From: an uncultured bacterium
GTDB lineage: Bacteria; Patescibacteriota; Minisyncoccia; Phycocordibacterales; UBA9973
Length of the DNA: 64,000 bases
Direction of reading: 5' to 3'
Assembly: GCA_903892035.1 (NCBI GenBank)
Contig: CAITGV010000002.1
Span: 1,714 to 65,713 of the forward strand
This document shows positions 8,220 through 18,268 of the stretch, one piece after another (position 1 is the first letter of the stretch; the number at the start of each line of letters is the position of its first letter). The position numbers and the translations under genes were made by a program. The notes below the pieces were generated by a model. It worked only from the letters and a program-made list of their open reading frames with translations, was not told where the DNA came from and searched no databases.

Positions 8220-9602
8220 TTAGCGTTTTGAAACCCCATATTGCTTCAAATAATCAATATCACCCTGTAGTCTTGACTTAAGTCCCATTACTGAACGTCC
8301 ATATGAGCAGGTTGAACCTCCACTTCCGTAGTATTTGCAAGCTGCTCTAATTTGCCCAGAATATGAATCGCCGATTGCCCCTAGGTCTGTGAGATATATA
8401 GCTGAAGCCATAAAAGCATGAGATGCAGCCCAAGGATTTGTGGCAGGAACTCCTAGTAGATTTTGTAGTCTATCGTCAATACTCTTCCACGTAGATGGAA
8501 TAAACTGAGCAGGACCCATTGCTCCACCATAACCTTTTACACCGGCAATAGGACAGGACACAGCTGTTTTTAGTGGATCAAGACCAAGTGCACTTGTGAT
8601 ATTTAGAAATATTGGTACATCACGATTTGGCGCCATAAGATTTGACCAAGATTTACCAGTTTTAATATTTACACCATATCCCGATTTTGTATCAGAAAGA
8701 TAACATTGACCGACATTTTGGCCAATGCCACTTTCTTGAGTAAGAATTGCAAGTAGAAATGCAGGGTCAATGCTAGTTTTCGCTTGAGCATTTTGAGCAT
8801 AAGCTAAAGCGTCTTCGAATTTAATCGCTCCTGTACCACCAGCAAGTTGGAATAGTCGTGCTTTGATTTGGTCCGCGCGAGCCTTCTTTTCTGCAGCAAG
8901 AGCTTTATAATCTCCTTCTTTTTTCTGGCTAAGATTTAATAATTGTTTTTTATCAGCTTCATTTTGAGCAACTTGTTTGGTCGCAGATTCAAGTTGAGCT
9001 TTTGCATCAAGCTCTTTGTTTTGCTGAGTCTCAAGTGATTTTTTCTGTACTTCTGTTTGATTTTTTATTCCATGAATTGTATCAATAGATTTTTTTATGG
9101 AATTGTTTACTGACTGAAAAGAATTTGAATCTGCGTAAAATTCTGACAGTGTTTTGTCAGAAAGAATCAAATGAGTAATTGAAGAATTATCATTTTCATT
9201 TGTCTTGCGAAGAATTTGTGAAAGTGATTCATGTTCACGGTCAATTTTTTCTGAAAGTGTTTCAATAGTAAGAACTTTATTTGTGATATCAGCTTTCAAT
9301 TGAGCAATAGCAATTCCACGAGCTTTGATTTTCGTTTTTAGAGCATTTATTTGGCCGGTGAGGTTTGCTACGTCCCCTTTAAGTGTTCCAGTTTGTGCTT
9401 GTTGTGCTTGAAGCTGGCTATTTAAAGTAGCCAATTCTTGATTGAGTTGATTTAATTCATTTGTACAAAATGCTTTTTGATCAGGAGTAGAATTTTGAGT
9501 AAGGGTCAAACAGTCAAAATCAGCCGATACTTTTGGAGTAAAAGTCAGACAAGAAAACAGTATTACTATAATAAGAAACATACCGAAACAACGTTTCAAC
9601 AT
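8220..9602 (-). CDS. secreted coiled-coil protein with C-terminal lytic transglycosylase-like domain
   Basis: Signal peptide. About 250 aa of heptad-like Q/K/L-rich sequence. C-terminus [10 protein letters not shown] ... [12 protein letters not shown] resembles the lytic murein transglycosylase family. Confidence 0.55.
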   Translation of the reverse strand: MLKRCFGMFLIIVILFSCLTFTPKVSADFDCLTLTQNSTPDQKAFCTNELNQLNQELATLNSQLQAQQAQTGTLKGDVANLTGQINALKTKIKARGIAIAQLKADITNKVLTIETLSEKIDREHESLSQILRKTNENDNSSITHLILSDKTLSEFYADSNSFQSVNNSIKKSIDTIHGIKNQTEVQKKSLETQQNKELDAKAQLESATKQVAQNEADKKQLLNLSQKKEGDYKALAAEKKARADQIKARLFQLAGGTGAIKFEDALAYAQNAQAKTSIDPAFLLAILTQESGIGQNVGQCYLSDTKSGYGVNIKTGKSWSNLMAPNRDVPIFLNITSALGLDPLKTAVSCPIAGVKGYGGAMGPAQFIPSTWKSIDDRLQNLLGVPATNPWAASHAFMASAIYLTDLGAIGDSYSGQIRAACKYYGSGGSTCSYGRSVMGLKSRLQGDIDYLKQYGVSKR

Positions 9603-9629
9603 ATATTTATTATATCATATATGTATTTG

Positions 9630-10262
9630 TTATTCAGCAGGTGCTGGTTCCTCCTCCTTCTTGCCCTTCTTTTCTACTTCAATTGCAGAAAGGTCAACAG
9701 GAACTTCTTCTTTTTCTTCTTTGATAACTGCAACGAGTGCTACAGCTTCTTCGCCATCTGTGATCATCGTCACTCCTTTTGGAAGTTTGATGTCACTTAC
9801 GAGAACTTTGTCTTCTAGTGTTGCAAGCTTTGAAATATCAACAGTCAATGAATGAGGCAATTCTTTTGGAAGAGCTTCAATTTCAACTTCGTGTAGAACT
9901 TTAACAAGGTTTCCAAGTCCACCCTTAACAGCTCCAGATATTCCTTCGAATTCCAAAGGAACATTAACTTTGACTGCAATGTTGACGTCGATAGCCAAAA
10001 AGTCTACGTGAATAGGAAATCCTTTTACAGGATCTACTGCAACGTCGTGAATAAGTACATCAATATTTTTACCTCCCACTACTAGCACTACTGGGCTAGA
10101 TTCACCGGCTTCCTTAAATGCTTTTGCAAAGTCGGAACTCGGTACGGAAATTGATGTGTTTTCCACACGAGCGCCATAGACGACCGCCGGTATGCCACCA
10201 TCCTTACGGATTTTAGCAAGTGAGTCTGTCTTACTTCGCTTTGTTGCGTTTATGTTTGTCAT
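9630..10262 (-). CDS. rplY: 50S ribosomal protein L25 / general stress protein Ctc
   Basis: TKRSKTDSLAKIRKDGGIPAVVYG N-terminal motif and acidic C-terminal tail. Start taken at MTNINATKRSK (ATG complement 10260-10262). Confidence 0.85.
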   Translation of the reverse strand: MTNINATKRSKTDSLAKIRKDGGIPAVVYGARVENTSISVPSSDFAKAFKEAGESSPVVLVVGGKNIDVLIHDVAVDPVKGFPIHVDFLAIDVNIAVKVNVPLEFEGISGAVKGGLGNLVKVLHEVEIEALPKELPHSLTVDISKLATLEDKVLVSDIKLPKGVTMITDGEEAVALVAVIKEEKEEVPVDLSAIEVEKKGKKEEEPAPAE

Positions 10263-10308
10263 GGGAAATACAATAGCACAAAAGGCTAAAATTCGCAATA
10301 TCTAGAGT

Positions 10309-12000
10309 CTATTTTATGATGTGTTCCCTTATGTATTCCCTGCTTCCGCCAACTTTTTTGCCGGGGTTTAGGATATTTTGTGGGTCGAAAATTTGTTTGG
10401 TTTTTTCGAAAAGTGAGTAAACTTTTTCCCCGTACATTTGTTCTAAGAATGGTGTGCGAATTATGCCGTCATTGTGCTCAGCGTCAATTGAGCCATGATA
10501 TGAAAGTACAAGAGAGTAAACTTGGTCAGCAAGATTTAAAATAAAATCTGGGTCAAACTTATGCTTCAAATCTAGAAGTGGAATAAGATGGAAATTTCCA
10601 TTGGCTGCATGGCCGTGAATATTGTAGATGAGTTTGTTGTCGTCGAGAATTTTTTTAACTTTAGGGAAAAATTCAGGAAGTGATTCGGCTGGCACTATCA
10701 CGTCATCGATAAAAGGAGCAGTTTGTTTTCCTTGAAAATGCTCGCGTAATAGTGCAAATGAATCGTGGCGTATAGTCCAATATTTTTCTGCTTCAGATTT
10801 TGAAAAAACTTTTCGTGCTTTTGCATTTGGATACTTTTTCATTTTCTGGTAAAGCACATCAATACGATTTCGAACTTCCTCTTTACTGTCCCCTGCGCAT
10901 TCAACAAGAAGGACAAGTTTTGGCACTCCAGTGAAAAGCATTGTCATTTCAGGTATAAATGAAAAACCCAATTTTATTGCACCCCAAAGTCCTCTTTTTT
11001 TAATAAAACCATACCAGAATTTTAGAGCTAATTTTATGGTTTTGTCGTCGTAAGCTTCCACTGTCTCAGGTAGTGCAAGAAGTGCATCGTCAACCATTTC
11101 TCCTAAATTGTCGAGTGATTTCAGAAATACTACAACCATCGCACTCTCTTTTTTTACTTGAACAAGTCGTAAATTAATTTTTGTAGCAATTGCAAGTGTT
11201 CCCTGAGAGCCGACTATTAGTTTACTTAAATCAAATATTTCTTTTTCTTCGTCCCAGACATTCCATAAATAATATCCAGCAGAATTTTTTGTAACAATTG
11301 GTTTTGCTTTTTTTATGATTTCGCTATTATCGTTTATCAATTGAAAAATATTTTTATAAATATCTCCTTCGAAATCACCTTGAGCAATTTTTGCGTACAA
11401 TTCTTTTTTATTGAGTGGTCGCACTGCATATTTGTGGCCATCTGAAAAAACTACTTCGAGTTCTTTTATGTAGTCTTCAGTTTTACCATATCGAAGCGTA
11501 AGCTCACCCGCGGAATTGTTACCAACCATTCCACCCAGAGCATTTATAGATTTTGATGCTGTAAAACAAGGCAAAAGTAGATCGTGTTCTAGTGTCGCTT
11601 TTTCGAAATCTCTATAGTAGCAACCTGGCTCGACGGTTGCGACTCCAGATATTGTAACGGGAGCACTTCCAAAAAACATTGGCTTCATGTTGTAAGGATC
11701 AACTGGTGATACGCCAACTATTTGGTGCATGTAACGAGTAAAATCAATAATTATAGAATTATTTAGTGGACCGCCTGCCATACAAGTACCAGCAGAACGC
11801 GCAGTGATAGAAAGGTCAGGATATTTTGTTTTATTTTCATTTGCCCATTTTACAAGGTTTTCAACATCAGTAGAATCTTTTGGAAAAAGAACCAATTTAG
11901 GAATTACGACAAAAAGACTTGCATCGCGAGAATATTTTTTAATCGCCTCATCTCCGTCCTCAATATCCCCTTTCCAAAATTTTTGTATTTCTTCTTTCAT
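10309..12000 (-). CDS. FAD-linked oxidase / FAD-binding dehydrogenase (GlcD/D-lactate dehydrogenase-like)
   Basis: 563 aa with FAD_binding_4-like N-terminal half and C-terminal oxidase domain. Family-level call only. Confidence 0.65.
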   Translation of the reverse strand: MKEEIQKFWKGDIEDGDEAIKKYSRDASLFVVIPKLVLFPKDSTDVENLVKWANENKTKYPDLSITARSAGTCMAGGPLNNSIIIDFTRYMHQIVGVSPVDPYNMKPMFFGSAPVTISGVATVEPGCYYRDFEKATLEHDLLLPCFTASKSINALGGMVGNNSAGELTLRYGKTEDYIKELEVVFSDGHKYAVRPLNKKELYAKIAQGDFEGDIYKNIFQLINDNSEIIKKAKPIVTKNSAGYYLWNVWDEEKEIFDLSKLIVGSQGTLAIATKINLRLVQVKKESAMVVVFLKSLDNLGEMVDDALLALPETVEAYDDKTIKLALKFWYGFIKKRGLWGAIKLGFSFIPEMTMLFTGVPKLVLLVECAGDSKEEVRNRIDVLYQKMKKYPNAKARKVFSKSEAEKYWTIRHDSFALLREHFQGKQTAPFIDDVIVPAESLPEFFPKVKKILDDNKLIYNIHGHAANGNFHLIPLLDLKHKFDPDFILNLADQVYSLVLSYHGSIDAEHNDGIIRTPFLEQMYGEKVYSLFEKTKQIFDPQNILNPGKKVGGSREYIREHIIK

Positions 12001-12043
12001 TTTTTATATTATGAATTATATCATAATATGGTAAAATCAAAAT

Positions 12044-12967
12044 ATGGAAAACAATATACAACACGCAAGTTTGGGTTATACAAAAAAGCTCTGCATTCTA
12101 CCTTTTGACCACAGATCTTTTTTTGTGCAATTGCTAGGTTTTACAGAGCCTTTAACAGATGAACAAAAGGAAACCTTGGTTAATTATAAAAAAATTATTT
12201 ACAAAGGTTATGAAAAATCTTTAACAATGGGTACCACCGTTGAGTCAACTGCAATACTGGTAGATGACGCTTTTGGAATGGAAATACTTTTAGATGCTAA
12301 ACAAAAAGGATATAACACACTGCAAAGTACTGAAGTAAGTGGAATGGACCATTTTGAATTTGATCATGGAGAAAATTGGAAAGAATGGATTGATAAAGTA
12401 AAACCAACTTTTGTAAAAGTATTAGTGCGCTACAATGTGGCCGGTGATAGAAGTCTAAATGAAAAGAGTATTGCAAATTTAAAAATCGTAAGTGAATTTG
12501 CTCATTCAAATGGATATAAATTTTTAATTGAACCTTTGGTTCCTGCGACCCAAGAACAATTGACTACTCTACAAAATAATAAGGCACGTTATGACCACGA
12601 ACTCCGGCCTGAGCTAACTGTCAAAATGATTACCGAAATGCAAGATGCGGGGGTTGAGCCAGATGTATGGAAAATTGAAGGAATGTATACTGAATATGAC
12701 TATGCAAAATGTGTCATGGCTGCACAGCGAGAAGGTCGCACAAATGTAGGCATCGTATCACTAGGAAGAAATGAGACTGACGAAGTGGTGGAGACATGGC
12801 TCAAAGTCGGCGCAAAAGTTCCTGGAGTCATAGGTTTTGCTGTTGGGCGAACAATATTTCTAGATTCATTGATGAAATATAGAAAACAAGAGATGACAGA
12901 GTCACAAGCAATAGATAAAATCGCAGAACGATTTCTACATTTTTACAAAGTATTTAATTCTATTTAG
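12044..12967 (+). CDS. putative class I aldolase-like protein (DUF2090/LacD-DeoC-like), partner of adjacent PfkB kinase
   Basis: LPFDHR motif near the N-terminus resembles LacD/DeoC-type aldolases. Neighbour is a PfkB sugar kinase and the pentose-phosphate cluster. Weak, motif-level call. Confidence 0.3.
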   Translation: MENNIQHASLGYTKKLCILPFDHRSFFVQLLGFTEPLTDEQKETLVNYKKIIYKGYEKSLTMGTTVESTAILVDDAFGMEILLDAKQKGYNTLQSTEVSGMDHFEFDHGENWKEWIDKVKPTFVKVLVRYNVAGDRSLNEKSIANLKIVSEFAHSNGYKFLIEPLVPATQEQLTTLQNNKARYDHELRPELTVKMITEMQDAGVEPDVWKIEGMYTEYDYAKCVMAAQREGRTNVGIVSLGRNETDEVVETWLKVGAKVPGVIGFAVGRTIFLDSLMKYRKQEMTESQAIDKIAERFLHFYKVFNSI

Positions 12968-13826
12968 AGAATAAACTTTTCCAATCAGTTGCAAATTTTT
13001 CGAGGCCTTTATCTGTAAGGTCGTGTTTGATATTATATTCTTCCCAATTTTTTTGTTCGAGTTCTAGGTAATCAATTTGTTTTTTATCAGTAACAGAAAT
13101 AATTAAATCACTTGGAAGTTTTAATAATCTACCCTCCTCCTCCCATTTTATCCAAAGTGCTAGTGGAGCAGTTATGATTTCAGCTTCATTTTTCAAACAG
13201 TAGTTAACATGATCGATACTACGAATACTAGCACCCAGAACACTGACGTGACTTCCCCACTCCTTATACATTTTTAAAATATTTCCAATTAAATCAAGGC
13301 CGTATATTCCAATATCATCGAGTCTTCCAACAAATGGCGAAACATAAACCTGACCTTTTTTAGCTCCCTTTGTAGCAGAATGCACTGCAGCCGCTTGATC
13401 TTGTGAAAAACAAAGTGTCATATTTACATTTATTCCTTCAGAAACTAAAACCTTCGCCACGGAAATACCGGTGTGTGTTATTGGAAGTTTTACATAAATA
13501 CCAGAAAACCATTTTGAAAGTATTCGTCCTTGCTCACACATTGTTTCAAAACTTGTTGCATCATCAGAATAAACTTCCACAGAAATTGAACCCGATGGAA
13601 TAATATTTTTTATATCGTTAGCAACTTTATTGTATTCTACCCAAATACTTTCATTTGTAAGTACACCGTCATTTTTCAATTTTTGAATTTCAGGATTTTT
13701 TGCTACAAGAGATGGATTTGTTGTTTGACCATCAAGAAAACCCAATTTTTCAAATAAAATTTTTGTTTCTGCTGGATCACCACTATCTAGAAATATTTGT
13801 GTCTTTATGTATTCTGGTTTGTTCAT
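12960..13826 (-). CDS. tal: transaldolase (Tal/Fsa family)
   Basis: QIFLDSGDPAETKILFEKLGFLDGQTTNPSLVAKN is a diagnostic transaldolase motif. Confidence 0.85.
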   Translation of the reverse strand: MNKPEYIKTQIFLDSGDPAETKILFEKLGFLDGQTTNPSLVAKNPEIQKLKNDGVLTNESIWVEYNKVANDIKNIIPSGSISVEVYSDDATSFETMCEQGRILSKWFSGIYVKLPITHTGISVAKVLVSEGINVNMTLCFSQDQAAAVHSATKGAKKGQVYVSPFVGRLDDIGIYGLDLIGNILKMYKEWGSHVSVLGASIRSIDHVNYCLKNEAEIITAPLALWIKWEEEGRLLKLPSDLIISVTDKKQIDYLELEQKNWEEYNIKHDLTDKGLEKFATDWKSLFSK

Positions 13827-13869
13827 ACCTAAATTGTATCATATTGACTGTATATGCTAAAATATAGGT

Positions 13870-14859
13870 ATGGAAAATCAACAAAAAATAGACGTATTGT
13901 CAATCGGTGATATTACAACCGAGCCTTTTATTAAACTTTCAGAAGCACTCGTTCTTCCAAGCCCCCAGGGTCAGCAACTTTGCGTGAACTATGGAGATAA
14001 AGTTGCATTTGAATCAGCAGAAGTACTTCGTGCTGTAGGAAATGCTGGAAATTCAGCAGTTTCCGCTGCTCGCCTTGGATTAAACTCATATTTGTTGGCT
14101 TATGTTGGAAATGATTCTGTAGGTAAGGGTGATATTGATGAATTAGAAAAAAATAATGTCCATACCGATTTTATAGTGACTGTACCAGACATGCCTTCCA
14201 ACTATCACTATGTACTTTGGTACGGAGTAGAAAGAACAATTTTAGTAAATCATCATGAATACCCATATTCATTTCCAAAAACTATACCTGAACCAAAATG
14301 GATATACTTTACTTCAATAGCTTCAAATTCACTTCCTTATACTTTAGAAATTGCACAATATTTGAAAGCTCATCCAAATGTAAAATTGGCATTTCAACCT
14401 GGGACTTTTCAGATGAAATTGGGAACTAATGTTTTGAAAGATATTTATGCTTGTACTGAACTTTTTTTCTGTAATTTTGAAGAAGCGCAAAGAATTTTAA
14501 ATACAACGGAAACAGATAAAAAAAAGTTGATGAATATGATTCGTGGTCTTGGACCAAAAATTGCTGTTGTTACCGATGGTATAAATGGTGCATATGCAGA
14601 CGACGGCACAAATCAATATTTTATGCCCGTGTATCCACACGAGCCTTTTGAGCGTACTGGCGCAGGTGATGCTTTTTCCTCAACTCTTACTTCAGCTCTA
14701 GCCTTAGGTAAAACCCTCGAGGAGGCTCTCACCTGGGCACCAATAAATGCGATGTCTGTTACCCTTCAAGTCGGCGCGCAAAAAGGCCTTCTTTCAATGG
14801 AAAAACTGCAAGAATATCTCGCAAATGCACCTGAAGATTATAAATTAAAAAAGATATAA
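13870..14859 (+). CDS. PfkB-family carbohydrate kinase
   Basis: C-terminal TGAGDAFSSTL (PfkB signature 2). 329 aa. Confidence 0.8.
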   Translation: MENQQKIDVLSIGDITTEPFIKLSEALVLPSPQGQQLCVNYGDKVAFESAEVLRAVGNAGNSAVSAARLGLNSYLLAYVGNDSVGKGDIDELEKNNVHTDFIVTVPDMPSNYHYVLWYGVERTILVNHHEYPYSFPKTIPEPKWIYFTSIASNSLPYTLEIAQYLKAHPNVKLAFQPGTFQMKLGTNVLKDIYACTELFFCNFEEAQRILNTTETDKKKLMNMIRGLGPKIAVVTDGINGAYADDGTNQYFMPVYPHEPFERTGAGDAFSSTLTSALALGKTLEEALTWAPINAMSVTLQVGAQKGLLSMEKLQEYLANAPEDYKLKKI

Positions 14860-14926
14860 ATCTCTAATAATTTGCTATTTATTTTATATATGGTATAGTG
14901 TTTTTGTACATTAAACAATATATCTA

Positions 14927-15124
14927 ATGAAAAAGAAAAACATTATTGCTATGAAGAAAAATTCATCGCAAAGGCAAAAACGACTAAAGACTCGATATGA
15001 AAAATTAAAGTTAGCTGTTGCCTGTGGTACAGCAAACATTAATGAACTAGATCGAATCGGCCATATGCTTGCAAATGCATGGCTGTCAGGAGTAAGATTA
15101 AAAGTTAATGCTTCACATTTTTAA
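14927..15124 (+). CDS. small basic hypothetical protein (65 aa)
   Basis: Only an ORF between convergent genes, followed by a hairpin terminator. No family recognised. Confidence 0.2.
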   Translation: MKKKNIIAMKKNSSQRQKRLKTRYEKLKLAVACGTANINELDRIGHMLANAWLSGVRLKVNASHF

Positions 15125-15148
15125 CTTATTAATCAAAAAAAGAAGGTT

Positions 15149-15188
15149 AACGTTTTAGGTACTTGTTACTTAAAACGTTTTCTTTTTG
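15149..15188. terminator. Hairpin AACGTTTTA-(13 nt)-TAAAACGTT plus T-run, between convergent small ORF and tkt
   Basis: Read directly. 9-bp stem followed by TTCTTTTTG. Confidence 0.45.
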
Positions 15189-16171
15189 TCTAAAACTGTT
15201 TTTACAGCTGAGATTATGTGAGAGACTCCCATTCCGTAGTGCTCAATGAGTTCAGCAGGCGCTCCAGATTGTCCAAATTCATCATGCACGCCGATATATT
15301 CGATTAATGTTGGATGATTTGTTGAGAGTACTTCAGAAATTGCACTACCGAGACCTCCCGCAATTTGATGTTCTTCAACTGTGACGAGTGCACTAGTTTC
15401 TTTGGCTAAGTCAATAATTGCATTTACATCGAGTGGTTTTATTGTAGCTACATTCATAACCTTCACTGCAATTCCCTCTTTTTCAAGATCTTGCGCAGCT
15501 TTAAGTGCATTGTGTACAAGTGCACCACAAGCGATAATACCAACTACTGCAGGTTTTTCTGATTGATAAAATATTTGCGCCTTACCAATTTCAAAAGGAG
15601 TATCGAGTGTAGTAATAATAGGACTTTTTTCTCGAGCCAAACGTAAATAACAAGGCTGTTTTAATTTTGCTATTGCAAGTGTTGCCTTTTTAGCTTCAAT
15701 TACATCACACGGCGAGAGGACTATCATCCTTGGTAAAATACGCATAAGCGCCATATCTTCTATTGCTTGGTGTGTACCTCCATCTGGTCCCACAGAAACT
15801 CCAGCATGACTACCTACGATCACTATCGGAGTGTCATTGTAGCAAACTGTGGTACGAATTTGCTCCCAGTTTCGTCCAGGAGAAAACATTGCATATGAAG
15901 ATGTAAATGGAAATTTTCCCATCGCCGACATTCCAGCAGCGACTGTCACAATATTTTGTTCAGCTACTCCAACTTGAATAAAACGTTCAGGAAATTTATT
16001 TGCAAAAAAATGCATTTGTGTACTTTCTGTGAGGTCAGCACAAAGACCAACAATATTTTTGTCTTCTTCTCCGGCCATTAAAAGTCCTTCACCAAAACCT
16101 TTTCGAATTGGTACTTGTTCCACATCAGCATCAAAAACTTTTGTATTTAATTTTAAATTTTGGTTTAGCAT
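15170..16171 (-). CDS. transketolase, C-terminal (pyrimidine-binding) subunit
   Basis: 333 aa matching the Pyr-binding and C-terminal domains of transketolase. Forms a split pair with the upstream ORF. Confidence 0.9.
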   Translation of the reverse strand: MLNQNLKLNTKVFDADVEQVPIRKGFGEGLLMAGEEDKNIVGLCADLTESTQMHFFANKFPERFIQVGVAEQNIVTVAAGMSAMGKFPFTSSYAMFSPGRNWEQIRTTVCYNDTPIVIVGSHAGVSVGPDGGTHQAIEDMALMRILPRMIVLSPCDVIEAKKATLAIAKLKQPCYLRLAREKSPIITTLDTPFEIGKAQIFYQSEKPAVVGIIACGALVHNALKAAQDLEKEGIAVKVMNVATIKPLDVNAIIDLAKETSALVTVEEHQIAGGLGSAISEVLSTNHPTLIEYIGVHDEFGQSGAPAELIEHYGMGVSHIISAVKTVLDKKKTF

Positions 16172-16172
16172 T

Positions 16173-17057
16173 TTATTGAAGTGTTTCTTTAATTTTATTT
16201 AAATCAGCGAGCGCTATTGCTACTTGCTCAGCTTTAGGTGGAGCTCCTGTGACATCTGTAATACCCGGTGGATTTCCGTGCCATTTATAATTTCCTTCCA
16301 TGAATGAAACTCCTTTTCCTGGAATTGTACGAGCAAGAATGACTGTAGGTTTTTCAAAAACAGTTTTTGCCTGCTCAAATGCAGTATCGAGTGCTCGAAA
16401 GTCATGACCATCGACTTCAATCACATGCCAATTGAAGCTTTCCCACTTTTCTTTCATTGGAGAAAGAGGCATTACATCATCAAGATAGCCCTCAATTTGA
16501 ATATTGTTGTAGTCTACAACTCCAACCATATTGTGAAGTTTATATTTTCCTGCAAGCATTACAGCTTCCCAAATGTTTCCTTCTTGAAGTTCACCATCAC
16601 CCATAAAAGTATAAAATTTCTTTTTTGATGTAACACCATTATCCATCCGTTCAGCTAAAGCCATTCCGCATGCTTGAGAAAGTCCGCAACCAAGAGGCCC
16701 TGATGAAGTTTCAACAACTGGTAACCATTCACGATGAGGGTGACCTTGAAGACGAGTACCAAGTTTGCGAAGTGTTAATAATTCTTCAACAGGAAAATAT
16801 CCAGAGTGTGCGAGTGTAGCGTAATACACGGGACAAATATGACCATTTGATAAAATAAAACGATCACGTTCTACCCAAGTTGGATTTTTCGGATCATGTT
16901 TTAAAGCATGAAAATATAAATAAGTAAAAACATCTGCCATCCCAAGTGGACCTGCAGAGTGGCCACTTTTTGCAGCAGCAAGCATTTCGATTATACTAAT
17001 GCGGATATCGTTAGCTTTTAATTGAAAATCTTTTACTTGTTCGTCAGTTAAGCTCAT
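16173..17057 (-). CDS. transketolase, N-terminal (TPP-binding) subunit
   Basis: GHSAGPLGMADV, GDGELQEG and NNIQIEG motifs of the transketolase TPP domain. 294 aa. Adjacent to the C-terminal subunit. Confidence 0.9.
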   Translation of the reverse strand: MSLTDEQVKDFQLKANDIRISIIEMLAAAKSGHSAGPLGMADVFTYLYFHALKHDPKNPTWVERDRFILSNGHICPVYYATLAHSGYFPVEELLTLRKLGTRLQGHPHREWLPVVETSSGPLGCGLSQACGMALAERMDNGVTSKKKFYTFMGDGELQEGNIWEAVMLAGKYKLHNMVGVVDYNNIQIEGYLDDVMPLSPMKEKWESFNWHVIEVDGHDFRALDTAFEQAKTVFEKPTVILARTIPGKGVSFMEGNYKWHGNPPGITDVTGAPPKAEQVAIALADLNKIKETLQ

Positions 17058-17069
17058 ATATATCTGTGA

Positions 17070-17774
17070 TTATATCACAAGGTTTTGAAAGTTAGTAATT
17101 GTTTCTCTAACATCGACAGCTTTCCAAATTGCAGAACCCATTACAAGTCTATCTGCCCCAGCTTCGATCAAATCATGCGCTGTATCCATATTTACCGATC
17201 CGTCTACTGAAACAGTCATATCTGGAAATAGTTTTTTAATTTTTTTAATTTGGTCGTAAACACGTGGATCGAATGGTTGTGATTGAAAACCGATTTTATC
17301 TATTCCCATACATTGAACAAAATCAACAAAAGGAATGAGTGGTGCGACAACTTTTTCAATATCAGTCGTTGTTCCAATTGCTATACCAATTTCGACATTG
17401 TCGCGTACAGCCATATCAATGCCTTCTAGAAAATCTCTAAAAGCTCCATCTTCTTGATCCTCTGCGCCGACGTGAAAAATAAGTCGCTTTGCACCCATTT
17501 GCAAATATGTACCCATTTTATCTTTTGCGTCTTTGACCATCAGATCAAATTCATAATCAAATTCTTCCCAAAAAGGTAGGCCCTCTTCTTCGTTTAAAAT
17601 TTTTGTTAAACCTTGTGTATCTGTATCATTATAAGGCCATGTTGTTCTGGGAACATATATACCATCACAAAGATCTATTTGAATAGTTCTAATTATGCCA
17701 CCTCTTATCATAGACAATTTTCCTCGAATATCACCCAAATTTTCTGACATTATAGCCGGTATTATTTCAATCAT
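17070..17774 (-). CDS. rpe: ribulose-phosphate 3-epimerase (divergent)
   Basis: Pattern IIPAIMSENLGDI ... DLMV ... VDGSV ... AGADRLVMGSAIW parallels Rpe motifs (SILSADF, HLMV, VDGGV, AGAD..VAGSAIF). Pentose-phosphate neighbourhood. Confidence 0.65.
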   Translation of the reverse strand: MIEIIPAIMSENLGDIRGKLSMIRGGIIRTIQIDLCDGIYVPRTTWPYNDTDTQGLTKILNEEEGLPFWEEFDYEFDLMVKDAKDKMGTYLQMGAKRLIFHVGAEDQEDGAFRDFLEGIDMAVRDNVEIGIAIGTTTDIEKVVAPLIPFVDFVQCMGIDKIGFQSQPFDPRVYDQIKKIKKLFPDMTVSVDGSVNMDTAHDLIEAGADRLVMGSAIWKAVDVRETITNFQNLVI

Positions 17775-17782
17775 AAATATTA

Positions 17783-18265
17783 CTAAAACTTATTAATTCT
17801 TCTAATGTTTCTTTCCTCTCCTGGAAATTTTGTTTCAAGAAAAATCTTTATCGCATTTTTAATTTCATCTTCAGATAAAAATCTACTTGAAAGAGAGAGT
17901 ATATTTGCATTGTTGTGAATTCTTGAAAGTTTTACTATTTCATATGGGTCTGTGCTTTCTGCACCATTTACATCGATAGCACCTTTTGCGAGCGCGAGTC
18001 CATAAAACACAGCTGCTCGCACTCCAGCCACCCTATTTGCAACCATTGCCTCCCCTTGCCCACTTCCGCCAAGAATAATACCATAACTTCCCGCGTCGTT
18101 TGCAACAGCCTCTGCAACTGGCTTTATCAAGTCAGGGTAGTCGTCATCTTTGTCGTAACTAAATGGACCCTTGTCAATAACTTCATTTCCAAGTTCCAAT
18201 AAAAAAGGCTTCAATTTTTCTTTGATTTCGTAACCTGCATGATCTGTACCGATGTAGATTTTCAT
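17783..18265 (-). CDS. rpiB: ribose-5-phosphate isomerase B
   Basis: MKIYIGTDHAGYEIKEKL is a typical RpiB/LacAB N-terminus. 160 aa. Confidence 0.9.
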   Translation of the reverse strand: MKIYIGTDHAGYEIKEKLKPFLLELGNEVIDKGPFSYDKDDDYPDLIKPVAEAVANDAGSYGIILGGSGQGEAMVANRVAGVRAAVFYGLALAKGAIDVNGAESTDPYEIVKLSRIHNNANILSLSSRFLSEDEIKNAIKIFLETKFPGEERNIRRINKF

Positions 18266-18268
18266 ATG

